DNA of 64,000 nt from Lysobacterales bacterium (GCA_028289465.1 JANQPM010000087.1:2520-66519); one strand, 5' to 3'. Counted from the first letter of the stretch, positions 1-8,847 are shown. Translations and numbers: made by a program. Notes: generated by a model from the sequence alone, not told the origin.

Positions 1-224
1 ACCGTCTGAAGCTGCCACTTGGCAGGACTCGCAGGCAGTTGCCCGGTGCAGACCAGCGCATCGTCCAAGCGGCCTGCTCCGGCCAGCCGTTGCGCCCGCT
101 CCAGTGTCTGCTGCGGATCGGCAGCATGACGCGCAGGTGTTTCCCGCTGCCCCGGTCGGCCATGGCAGTGTTTGTATTTACGGCCACTGCCACAGGGGCA
201 AGGTGAATTTCTCGAGGTGGACAT
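1..224 (-). CDS. SEC-C motif (metal-binding) domain protein, N-terminal part; the gene runs off the left edge
   Basis: Manual reverse translation from the ATG at 224 gives MSTSRNSPCPCGSGRKYKHCHGRPGQRETPARH... with no stop down to position 1. PCPCGSGxKYKxCHG is the SEC-C zinc-binding motif. It is absent from the ORF track because it is truncated. Confidence 0.55.
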   Translation of the reverse strand, partial: MSTSRNSPCPCGSGRKYKHCHGRPGQRETPARHAADPQQTLERAQRLAGAGRLDDALVCTGQLPASPAKWQLQT

Positions 225-428
225 GGGACGATGATAGCAGTACGGCGAAGCCGAACGCGACCTGCCGAAGACGGCACTCAGAAACGGAGGCCTGCCACAC
301 CCGCATTCGCAGTTCGCATGATCGCGCGCAAACTTCGCAATCCTGCCGATGCGAGGCCACCGTTGCGGTTCAGGGGGGTGAAATAAGGCCTATTGACAGC
401 GTGTGGATCAGCCACCATACTCCACCGT

Positions 429-1334
429 ATGGAAGCGATTCCGAATATCGACAGCCACGCTATGGACAGTCACTCCGGCCAGCCACGCTGGCAACGGATC
501 GACGGCCACTATCTGGCCGGACGGGTGTATGGCGCACCGGGCCGGGTTCCGGTGGTTTTGCTGCATGGCTTCGGCCAAAGCCAGCAGGCCTGGAAAGACA
601 CGGGCACGCGTCTGGCAGAGCATGGTTTTCAAGCATTCAGCTACGACGCGAGGGGGCATGGCGAAAGCGACTATGCAGAGCCTCACCGTTACCGGCCGGA
701 CGACTTCGTTGCCGACCTGAAAACGGTCTGTTCGACCCTGGACCGGGCACCGTTGCTGGTCGGCGCGTCAATGGGCGGCCTGACCGCAATGCTGGCGGCA
801 ACGGAAGCCGGCATTGCCGCTCGCGCATTGGTGCTGGTCGATATCACACCGAGCTGGCGGCCCGAAGGGCTGCAGAAAATACTCGGCTTTCTACAGTCCA
901 ATCCACGCGGTTTTGAAAACCTGGACCAGGTAAAGCAGGCGCTGGCGCGCTATTTGCCTCATCGGCGTGCAGGCATCACCGACAGCGGTTTACTGAAAAA
1001 CCTGCGGCGCGGAGCCGACGGCCGGCTGCGCTGGCACTGGGATCCGGCCATGCTGGCGCTGGCTACCAAGTCCGAACTCTATCAGCAGCGTTTCGCCCGG
1101 GCAGCGCGTCACCTCGGCCAACCGACCCTGCTGATCAGCGGCGGCCGCAGCGAATTGCTCGCGGATGAGCAAATCCGCGAGTTCCTGGAACTGGTGCCGC
1201 ATGCCGAACACGCTGCCGTCGCCGATGCGACCCACCGCATCGCCGGTGACGACAACACCGCATTCAACCGAATTATTATTGACTACCTCGGCCGGCTGGC
1301 AAGCGACCGGGTAAAACAGTGCGAAGGAGCCTGA
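429..1334 (+). CDS. alpha/beta-fold hydrolase
   Basis: HG oxyanion motif (VVLLHGFGQS), nucleophile elbow GASMGG and a C-terminal His (ADATHRI). The track ORF begins at a TTG at 393, so the start is uncertain (429 or 462 ATG). Confidence 0.8.
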   Translation: MEAIPNIDSHAMDSHSGQPRWQRIDGHYLAGRVYGAPGRVPVVLLHGFGQSQQAWKDTGTRLAEHGFQAFSYDARGHGESDYAEPHRYRPDDFVADLKTVCSTLDRAPLLVGASMGGLTAMLAATEAGIAARALVLVDITPSWRPEGLQKILGFLQSNPRGFENLDQVKQALARYLPHRRAGITDSGLLKNLRRGADGRLRWHWDPAMLALATKSELYQQRFARAARHLGQPTLLISGGRSELLADEQIREFLELVPHAEHAAVADATHRIAGDDNTAFNRIIIDYLGRLASDRVKQCEGA

Positions 1335-1338
1335 GCAC

Positions 1339-3807
1339 ATGACGACCATGATGTTGTTAACCATTTTTGCCATCTCGCTGGTATGCGCTTTTATCGGCAC
1401 CCGCCTGATGACCTGGACCATCCTGACCGCCGCCGCGCTGGCGCTTTTTGCGTTCACCGGTGAGGTCAACGGTCTGGTGCTGGCACTGGTTGCGCTGCCG
1501 TTTGCGGCGGTTGCAGCGGTATTGAACTACCTGCCCTGGCGGCGCCAGTGGCTTTCCGAACCGTTTCTCGCCGCTTATCGAAAAATGACGCCGTCGCTGT
1601 CCGATACCGAGCGCGTTGCGCTGGAAGCCGGAACGGTCGGCTGGGAGGGCGAGTTATTTGCCGGCAGGCCGAACTGGAAATCGCTGCTGAAGCGGCGTAC
1701 GCCCGAGCTGAGCCTAGAGGAACGGGCGTTTCTGGACGGGCCGGTCGAAGAATTCTGCCACCTGCTCAAACAGTGGGAGATCACTCATGAGGAAGCTGAT
1801 CTGTCTGAGGAAGCCTGGCAGTTCCTGAAAGACAACCGCTTTTTCGGCATGATTATTCCTAAGGAATACGGCGGTCTCGGATTTTCCGCGCTGGCGCACC
1901 GCGCGGTGCTGCAGAAAGTCAGCTCCATCAGCGCTGTGGCCGGCTCTACGATTGCCGTACCGAATTCGCTCGGCCCGGCCGAACTGTTGCTGCACTACGG
2001 CACCGAGGAACAGAAAAAGTATTACCTGCCGCGGCTGGCCAAAGGCGAGGAAATTCCCTGTTTCGGGCTGACCGGCCCAACTGCCGGTTCCGATGCCACT
2101 TCCATTCCCGATTTCGGCATCGTCTGCAAGGGCGAATGGCAGGGCAAGGAAGTGCTCGGCATGCGCCTGACTTTCGACAAGCGCTATATCACCCTGGCAC
2201 CGGTGGCTACCGTCGTCGGCCTTGCGTTCCGGCTGTATGATCCGGACGGTCTGCTCGGCGGGCAGGAAGACATCGGTATCAGTCTGGCGCTGGTACCGCA
2301 CGACACACCCGGACTGGACATCGGCCGGCGTCATATGCCGCTGAACATTCCGTTCCAAAACGGACCGATACGCGGCGAAGACATCTTTGTGCCGCTGGAC
2401 ACGCTGATCGGCGGTGCGGCAAAGGCCGGACATGGCTGGCGCATGCTGGTCGAAAGCCTGTCGGTCGGCCGGGCGATCTCGCTGCCGTCATCCGGTACCG
2501 GCGGTGCCAAGCTGGCCGCACTGACCACCGGCGCCTACGCCCGGATTCGCAAGCAATTCAATATGCCGATCGGGCGCTTCGAAGGCGTCGAAGAAGCACT
2601 GGCCAGAATCGCCGGCCTGACCTATGCGGCCAGCGCGCTGTCAAAGATGACCGCTGTCGCGGTCGATCAGGGCGAACGGCCGGCCGTACCCGGCGCGATC
2701 GCCAAATACCATGCGACCGAATACAGCCGCCGGGTGATTACCGATGCGATGGACGTGCACGGCGGCAAAGGCGTGATCCTCGGACCGAAAAACTACCTGG
2801 GCCGTGCCTGGCAGGGTGCGCCTATCTGGATCACGGTGGAAGGTGCCAATATCCTGACCCGCAGCATGATGATTTTCGGGCAGGGCGCGATACGCTGCCA
2901 CCCCCATGTGTTGAAGGAACTGGAAGCGGCCGGACTGTCCGATAGCACAGAACGCCTGAACCGCTTTGACAAAGTGCTGTTTCAGCATATCGGCTTCACC
3001 GTGCGCAATGCAGTGCGCAGCTTCATACTCGGTCTCAGCTTCGGCCGCTTCGCCGCGGTACCGAACGACCGGGAAACCGCACCCTACTACCGCAAGCTGT
3101 CCCGCTACAGCGCGGCATTTGCTCTGACCGCCGATATTACGATGCTGACATTCGGCGGCAAACTCAAACAGAAGGAAAGTATCTCCGGGCGCCTGGCCGA
3201 CGCGCTGAGCCAGCTTTATATCTGTTCGGCGATGCTGAAGCGCTTTGAAGACCAAGGGCGGCCGGCAGCGGACCAGCCGGTGCTATCCTGGGCCTACGAC
3301 GACGCCATCTGGAGCTTGCAGGTTGCGCTGCGCGGAGTCATCGACAATTTCCCCAACCGGGCGATGGCAGCAGTGCTGCGGATGCTGGTCTTTCCGCTGG
3401 GTTACCGCGAGCGGCGACCGAACGACCGGCTGACGCACAAGACTGCCCAGTTGCTGATCACACCGTCGGAAACCCGTGACCGCCTGACCGACGGCATCTA
3501 TAAGTCCGCCGCGGCCGGCCATCCGGTCGGCGTAATGGAGCAACTGCTGCCGCAGGTTATTGCAGTGGAACCGCTGGAACGCAAGCTGAACAAAGCTCTC
3601 AAGAAGGGTGATATCACCGGCCTCGGCTTTGACGCCGTGCTGAAACAAGCGGTCGAAAAAGCGGTACTGACCGAAGCGGAAGCGGAACAACTCGAAGCCG
3701 TCCAGCGTCAGGTGATGGATATCATTGCAGTCGATGAATTCGATGCCGAACTGCTGAAAGCGGCTCACCGCCCCCGCCCGCAGGCGCTAACCTCGAACGC
3801 GGCCTGA
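1339..3807 (+). CDS. fadE: acyl-CoA dehydrogenase, long FadE type with N-terminal membrane segment
   Basis: 822 aa. The N-terminal hydrophobic region followed by ...TERVALEAGTVGWEGELFAGRPNW... is colinear with E. coli FadE (814 aa). Confidence 0.9.
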   Translation: MTTMMLLTIFAISLVCAFIGTRLMTWTILTAAALALFAFTGEVNGLVLALVALPFAAVAAVLNYLPWRRQWLSEPFLAAYRKMTPSLSDTERVALEAGTVGWEGELFAGRPNWKSLLKRRTPELSLEERAFLDGPVEEFCHLLKQWEITHEEADLSEEAWQFLKDNRFFGMIIPKEYGGLGFSALAHRAVLQKVSSISAVAGSTIAVPNSLGPAELLLHYGTEEQKKYYLPRLAKGEEIPCFGLTGPTAGSDATSIPDFGIVCKGEWQGKEVLGMRLTFDKRYITLAPVATVVGLAFRLYDPDGLLGGQEDIGISLALVPHDTPGLDIGRRHMPLNIPFQNGPIRGEDIFVPLDTLIGGAAKAGHGWRMLVESLSVGRAISLPSSGTGGAKLAALTTGAYARIRKQFNMPIGRFEGVEEALARIAGLTYAASALSKMTAVAVDQGERPAVPGAIAKYHATEYSRRVITDAMDVHGGKGVILGPKNYLGRAWQGAPIWITVEGANILTRSMMIFGQGAIRCHPHVLKELEAAGLSDSTERLNRFDKVLFQHIGFTVRNAVRSFILGLSFGRFAAVPNDRETAPYYRKLSRYSAAFALTADITMLTFGGKLKQKESISGRLADALSQLYICSAMLKRFEDQGRPAADQPVLSWAYDDAIWSLQVALRGVIDNFPNRAMAAVLRMLVFPLGYRERRPNDRLTHKTAQLLITPSETRDRLTDGIYKSAAAGHPVGVMEQLLPQVIAVEPLERKLNKALKKGDITGLGFDAVLKQAVEKAVLTEAEAEQLEAVQRQVMDIIAVDEFDAELLKAAHRPRPQALTSNAA

Positions 3808-3855
3808 TTTCAATCCCCGAATTTCAATCACGGTACACGGCTGCTATACTTCCCA

Positions 3856-3883
3856 GCCCGGCCTCAAAGGCCGGGTTGCTTTA
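3856..3883 (+). terminator. rho-independent terminator after fadE
   Basis: Hairpin GCCCGGCC-TCAAA-GGCCGGGT followed by TGCTTT, about 50 nt after the fadE stop. Confidence 0.6.
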
Positions 3884-4066
3884 GGTGCCCGATGGCACTG
3901 CCATATTGATCCGGCAGTGTCTGGGTGAAACGGGAAGCCGGTGACAATCCGGCACTGCCCCCGCAACGGTGATCGAGTTCGATCAGACCTACAGCCACTG
4001 CGCCGACGGCGTGGGAAGGCGTCTGATCCTTATAAACAACTCGTCAGTCCGGAGACCGGCCTGAAG
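3884..4066 (+). promoter_or_regulatory. cobalamin (B12) riboswitch in the btuB leader
   Basis: Conserved core GGGAAGCCGGTGACAATCCGGCACTGCCCCCGCAACGGT, B12-box-like CAGCCACTG and closing GTCAGTCCGGAGACCGGCC. A downstream hairpin GTATTCCG...CGGAATAC lies before the GGAGG RBS of btuB. Confidence 0.85.
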
Positions 4067-4195
4067 CGTCTGCTAGAGAGCTGCGGCGGGCGGCTTCGGT
4101 CTGAACCTACCTCGACCTCCCTCCGCACTCATACGGGTATTCCGTCTTCAGGCCGGAATACGTTGAATTCGCGGGTGTGCGATACGGAGGAACGT

Positions 4196-5995
4196 ATGAA
4201 CAGAATAATTTTTCCCGCTGCGCTGGCCTTGACCGCAGGCCATGGAATCTATGCTCAGCAAACCAATATTGAAGAACCGGCAGCCGAACAGCAGCGGATG
4301 GTCGTCACGGCTTCCCGGCTGGCTGAAAGCCAGGATCAGGCGCTGGCCTCGGTCAGCATTATCGACCATCGGGCCATCGAACTTTCAGCGGCAGAGGATC
4401 TGCTGGAGTTGCTGCGGCTGGAGGCCGGCGTCGATATCGTCAGAAGCGGGCCGGCCGGAGCGCAAACCAGCGTTTTTATGCGCGGTACCAACAGCAATCA
4501 TACTTTGGTACTGATCGACGGCGTACGGGTCTCCTCGACCAATACCGGCGCTTTCGGCTGGGAAAACCTGCCGCTGAATCAGGTCCAGCGCATCGAGATC
4601 GTACGCGGCCCGCGCGCCAGCGTTTACGGTTCCGACGCGATCGGTGGCGTGATCCAGATATTCACGCGCACGGATGACTCGCCGCATCTGCGTGTTACCG
4701 GCGGCAGCTTCGGCTCCGTGGAAGCCAGCGGCGGTTTGGGCTGGAGGTCGGAGAACAACCGCATCAACCTGGCTGCCGGCTATCGGGATTCCGACGGTTT
4801 TTCGGCCCAGAACCCGGCCGGTTTTTCGTTCGACCCGGATGACGACGGCCATGAAAATCAAAACCTGCTGTTGAACGGCAACAGCGCCTGGCGCTCGGGC
4901 AGCCTGGGCTACAGCCTGCTGCTGGCCACGACCGAAACCGAGTTTGACCAGGGCATTTCCGATGCCGACCAGCGCCTGGCTTCGATCAGCTACCGCAGCG
5001 ACCCGCAGAGTTCATGGCATTACCAGATTCAGCTCGGCTACGCCGACGACGAGCTGGATTCCGACTTCGGTTTCTTCAGCACCGCATTCGAATCCAACCG
5101 GCTGGACCTGGGCTGGCACAATCAATACCGGTTGAATGCCGATCTGCATCTGCTGTTCGGGCTCGATTACTACGATGAATCCGGCTCCAACGGAACCGGC
5201 TATGACGAAAGCCGTGATAACGCGGGGCTCTACCTGGGGGTCAAGCGCAATACCGCGGGTCATGACTTCGAAGCCAGTCTGCGCTACGACGACAACAGCG
5301 AATTCGGCAGCGAGGTTACCGGGCAGTTGGCCTGGGGTTATCAGCTCAGCGGGCAATGGCGGATTTTCGCCAGTTACGGCGAAGCGTTCCGGGCACCGAA
5401 TTTGAATGAGCAGTTCTCGCCCGGGTTCGGCGGTTTATTTGCCGGCAACCCGGACCTGCAGCCGGAGTTTTCCGACAGCCTGGAACTGGGCCTGAACTGG
5501 ACGCCGGCCGGCAATCAGTCGCTATCCGTCAATCTGTACCAAACCGACATCGACAATTTGATCGCATTTAATGGCGCGGATTTCCAGGCCATTAACATCA
5601 ACCGGGCTTCAATCGACGGCGTGGAACTGCAATGGGCCTACCGACCGGCCAATTGGCGCATCAAGACCAGCGTGACCTATCAGGATACCGAAGACGAGAG
5701 CAATGGCCTGGCGCTGCTCAGGCGGCCGGAATACAAGGCCGCTGCCAATGTCCAGCGCTTGCTGGCCAACGGCGGCTGGATCGGCGGCGAGTTGTTCTAC
5801 AGCGATTCCCGCCGGGACCTGGGCGGCGATCTGGACAGCTATCAGTTGCTGAATCTGACCGCCGGCTGGCCGGTCGGCGACCACTGGCAACTGGAAGCGA
5901 GAATCGAGAACCTGCTGGATGAGGACTACCAGCCGGCGATCGGCTTTAACGCGATGGACCGCGCTGCATTTGCCAGCCTGCATTGGCGGCCCTGA
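4196..5995 (+). CDS. btuB: TonB-dependent vitamin B12 outer-membrane receptor
   Basis: ATG at 4196 is preceded by GGAGG. Signal peptide MNRIIFPAALALTAGHGIYA, TonB box MVVTASR, plug and beta-barrel motifs (IEIVRGPRASVYGSDAIGGVIQI). Directly downstream of the B12 riboswitch. The track ORF start at 3941 lies inside the riboswitch. Confidence 0.85.
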   Translation: MNRIIFPAALALTAGHGIYAQQTNIEEPAAEQQRMVVTASRLAESQDQALASVSIIDHRAIELSAAEDLLELLRLEAGVDIVRSGPAGAQTSVFMRGTNSNHTLVLIDGVRVSSTNTGAFGWENLPLNQVQRIEIVRGPRASVYGSDAIGGVIQIFTRTDDSPHLRVTGGSFGSVEASGGLGWRSENNRINLAAGYRDSDGFSAQNPAGFSFDPDDDGHENQNLLLNGNSAWRSGSLGYSLLLATTETEFDQGISDADQRLASISYRSDPQSSWHYQIQLGYADDELDSDFGFFSTAFESNRLDLGWHNQYRLNADLHLLFGLDYYDESGSNGTGYDESRDNAGLYLGVKRNTAGHDFEASLRYDDNSEFGSEVTGQLAWGYQLSGQWRIFASYGEAFRAPNLNEQFSPGFGGLFAGNPDLQPEFSDSLELGLNWTPAGNQSLSVNLYQTDIDNLIAFNGADFQAININRASIDGVELQWAYRPANWRIKTSVTYQDTEDESNGLALLRRPEYKAAANVQRLLANGGWIGGELFYSDSRRDLGGDLDSYQLLNLTAGWPVGDHWQLEARIENLLDEDYQPAIGFNAMDRAAFASLHWRP

Positions 5996-6021
5996 TCCGA
6001 GATCGCCGGTAACATCTTTGT

Positions 6022-6055
6022 TATGCTGCGGCGAATGACCATTCGCCGCAGCATA
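6022..6055 (+). promoter_or_regulatory. near-perfect palindrome/hairpin (15-nt arms) overlapping the apbE initiation codons; possible btuB terminator or translational occluder
   Basis: ATGCTGCGGCGAATG (6023-6037) is the exact reverse complement of CATTCGCCGCAGCAT (6040-6054), separated by 2 nt, with an extra T22-A55 pair. It is followed by TTATTCG. Confidence 0.5.
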
Positions 6056-7072
6056 TTATTCGCGCTGCTGTTGCTGATCGCCGCTTGCCGGCCGGCGACC
6101 GAGCGCTTCGAAGCGCAATTCTACGTCTTCGGTACACTGGTCAATGTGACGGTGGACGGCACCGGCAGGCGGGCGGCCAACGCGTTGTTCGGCGATTTAC
6201 AGCAGCGCTTTCAGGCCATGCACCGGGACTGGCATGCATGGGAGCCCGGCGAGCTGACCCGTATCAATCAGGCATTCGCTGCCGGCGACAGCATATCCGC
6301 ACCGGACGATATTCGGCAGTTGATTGCATACGCACAAACCATGGAAACGGCAACCGGCGGGTGCTTCAACGCGGCTATCGGCGGCCTGATCCGGCTATGG
6401 GGCTTTCACACCTCGGAATTTCCGGTGCTCGGCCCACCGCCTGAAGTGTCGCAGATTGCCGCCCAGATTGCCGCGCGGCCATCCAGCCTTGATATCGATA
6501 TCCGCCACGCGACATTGTCCAGCCGCAATCGGGCGGTGCAACTGGATTTCGGCGGCATCGCCAAAGGCTATGCCGTGGATCTGGCTCTGGCTCTGGCCCA
6601 AAAACACACGATACCCGCAGCGCTGGTCAATGCCGGCGGCGACCTGGCCGGCTATCGCGATCCGGCGCTACCCGGGACCTGGAAAATCGGCCTCAAAGAC
6701 CACCGCCAGCAAACCTTGGGCGGGCTGGCGCTGAAGGGCCGGGAAACCGTATTTACCTCAGGCAACTATCAGCGTTTTCGGTACGATGCCCAACAGCGAT
6801 ATCCGCATATTATCGATCCGAGAAACGGCTGGCCGGTTGCGGAAGTGGCCTCGGTGACCGTAGTCGGCCGCCAAGGCTGGCACACGGATGCGGCGACAAC
6901 CGCGCTGATGGTTGGCGGCGCCGCAGAGTTTGAATCGCTGCTTGCGGCACTGGATATCGAACAGGCAATGATGATTCTGGAAAACGGTGATATTCGAATC
7001 ACCCGGCAGTTGCTGCAGCGCTTGATTGAGTTCCGGCAGCGCGACCGCGTGATTCAGGTCATCGACCCATAG
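6023..7072 (+). CDS. apbE: FAD:protein FMN transferase (ApbE family) lipoprotein
   Basis: Lipoprotein signal LLLLIAAC. ApbE motifs DFGGIAKGYAVD, TSGNYQRF and HIIDPRNGWP. Start at 6023 or 6035. Confidence 0.85.
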   Translation: MLRRMTIRRSILFALLLLIAACRPATERFEAQFYVFGTLVNVTVDGTGRRAANALFGDLQQRFQAMHRDWHAWEPGELTRINQAFAAGDSISAPDDIRQLIAYAQTMETATGGCFNAAIGGLIRLWGFHTSEFPVLGPPPEVSQIAAQIAARPSSLDIDIRHATLSSRNRAVQLDFGGIAKGYAVDLALALAQKHTIPAALVNAGGDLAGYRDPALPGTWKIGLKDHRQQTLGGLALKGRETVFTSGNYQRFRYDAQQRYPHIIDPRNGWPVAEVASVTVVGRQGWHTDAATTALMVGGAAEFESLLAALDIEQAMMILENGDIRITRQLLQRLIEFRQRDRVIQVIDP

Positions 7073-7084
7073 CGTGCATCGGGC

Positions 7085-7639
7085 CTAGTAGAGCAACCCG
7101 GTTTCCAGCTTGGCCACATCGGACATCATCGACTGGTTCCACGGCGGGTCGAACACCAACTCCACGTCGGCATTCTCAACGGTTGGAATCAGTTCGACCT
7201 TGGACCGCACATCGTCGACCAGAATATCGCCCATGCCGCAGCCCGGGGCAGTCAATGTCATTTCAATACAGACGTCGCGCCGGCCGTCGCTGCGGGTTTT
7301 TATCTCGCACCGGTAGATCAGCCCCAATTCGACGATATCGACCGGGATTTCCGGGTCATAACAGGTTTTCATCTGGCGCCAGACCAGTTTTTCCACATCC
7401 TGATCGGACGCATCGTCCGGCAGTTCGGGGGGTGGTACCGGCTCTTTGCCAATGGCATCGGCATCCCGGCCGGCGACGCGAAACAGATTGCCGTCAACAA
7501 ATACGGTAAAACTGCCGCCCAGAGCCTGCGTGATATAACCGACGGTACCGGCCGGCAATACCACTTCATCACCGGACGGAATCATCACAACGTCGCAGTC
7601 CCGTTCAAAGGTGCACGGTTGGCTGGTATGGCTGTACAT
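7085..7639 (-). CDS. SufT-like Fe-S assembly protein (N-terminal domain plus DUF59/MIP18 domain)
   Basis: 184 aa. ...GYITQALGGSFTVFVDGNLFRVAG... is followed by the DUF59 signature CYDPEIPVDIVELGLIY...LTAPGCGMG. Confidence 0.65.
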   Translation of the reverse strand: MYSHTSQPCTFERDCDVVMIPSGDEVVLPAGTVGYITQALGGSFTVFVDGNLFRVAGRDADAIGKEPVPPPELPDDASDQDVEKLVWRQMKTCYDPEIPVDIVELGLIYRCEIKTRSDGRRDVCIEMTLTAPGCGMGDILVDDVRSKVELIPTVENADVELVFDPPWNQSMMSDVAKLETGLLY

Positions 7640-7797
7640 AGGTAAAGATTATCAAATTTGCTTCAGAGCAGCAGGCAACCCTACGGAGCGGGCGCAAGAC
7701 ACCTTAGATATGGGGCTGGAGCAGGGCCGCTCAAGCGTGAACCCAACTGGCGGTGGTTTCGACCGGCTGCATTAAACCCTTTGCCCGCCAAAACCAT

Positions 7798-7825
7798 CCA
7801 ATCTTGTTAGGCCAATCTTGTTAGG
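7798..7825 (+). repeat. perfect tandem duplication of a 14-mer, CCAATCTTGTTAGG x2
   Basis: Positions 7798-7811 and 7812-7825 are identical. The repeat lies 24-51 nt upstream of the ATG at 7849. Confidence 0.9.
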
Positions 7826-7848
7826 AGCTTGTAAATGAGGGCAGCACT

Positions 7849-8688
7849 ATGATTCACCGAAACACCGTATCCGTCATCATCGGCGCAGCATTGTTTCTGG
7901 CCGTTCCCGCGCTCAGCGCGGACAACTGCAAGTACGAACGCCGGCTGGACACCCGCGTGGACCTGAGCAATGCGGCCACACTGGCCGTGATCGCCAAAGC
8001 GGGTTACCTGGAGATCAATGGCGAGGCCGGTTCCGACCAGGCTGTCGTCAAAGCACGGGCCTGTGCATCGAAGCAGGACTGGGTGGATGACATCCAACTG
8101 GACACGGATAGCGGGCCCGATGCCAGGATCGAGGCCGTCTTGCCGGATCTGGATGGTCATGACTGGGGCAAACAGTATGCTTATCTGGACCTTGAGATCA
8201 GTCTGCCCAGCGACATCGACCTGGAAGTCAAGGACAGCAGCGGCCGCGCTGAAATATACAACGTCGGTGCAATCAGGTTGTTTGATTCTTCCGGCGACCT
8301 GCTGCTGGACGGCACCGCCGGGCCGGCAAATGTGTCGGATTCCTCCGGCGACCTGGAATTGCGAAATATCGGCGGTTCACTGGAAGTTCGCGACAGTTCC
8401 GGCGATATAGACGCGGAGGACATTAACGGCGATTTCACGATCCGGGCCGACAGCTCCGGCAGCATTTTCGCCAAAGAAGTTCGCGGCCAGGTACATGTTC
8501 ACGTTGACAGCTCAGGCGATATCCGCTTCAAGCGGGTGGACAGGGATGTAATTATCGACCGCGATTCCTCCGGAAGCATCTGGGTGGAAGATGTGGCCGG
8601 CGATTTTGAAGTTGGGCGGGACGGCAGCGGCAGCATTCGATATAAGAATGTCGGCGGCCAGGTCGATATTCCGGAAAATAAGTATTAA
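7849..8688 (+). CDS. secreted beta-solenoid repeat protein (DUF4097 / GIN-domain-like putative adhesin)
   Basis: Signal peptide ...AVPALSA/DN. Eight repeats of 18-19 aa each begin with DSSG[DSR] (the last with DGSGS). GAGGG RBS upstream. Confidence 0.6.
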   Translation: MIHRNTVSVIIGAALFLAVPALSADNCKYERRLDTRVDLSNAATLAVIAKAGYLEINGEAGSDQAVVKARACASKQDWVDDIQLDTDSGPDARIEAVLPDLDGHDWGKQYAYLDLEISLPSDIDLEVKDSSGRAEIYNVGAIRLFDSSGDLLLDGTAGPANVSDSSGDLELRNIGGSLEVRDSSGDIDAEDINGDFTIRADSSGSIFAKEVRGQVHVHVDSSGDIRFKRVDRDVIIDRDSSGSIWVEDVAGDFEVGRDGSGSIRYKNVGGQVDIPENKY

Positions 8689-8847
8689 AGGAGTCTCGCG
8701 CCCAAAGGCACTGCTACAGGCATTGGGTTCTCAAAGGGCGGAGTAACCCGGAAACCTGGCTTCCCTGACACCCGCCTCGGCAGTCGCGTTAAGCTCTCAT
8801 GACTAACAGCGCCCGCACCAGGGGTTGCCTGCGGCTTCATCATAAAA

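Noticed and set aside
104-916. A 270-aa ORF rich in Arg/Gly/Ala/Pro that overlaps the alpha/beta hydrolase gene in another frame.
   Set aside because: The composition is typical of an out-of-frame reading of high-GC coding DNA. The overlapping frame (393/429-1334) has clear hydrolase motifs.
3941-4195. An 85-aa N-terminal extension of the btuB ORF in the track.
   Set aside because: This stretch is the cobalamin riboswitch and its expression platform. A signal peptide and RBS appear only at the ATG at 4196.
8689-8847. A possible iron-responsive sRNA (RyhB/PrrF-like) in the gap between the DSSG-repeat gene and bfr.
   Set aside because: There is no Fur-like box and no independent terminator. 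The only strong terminator here is oriented for bfr, so the sequence alone gives no support.
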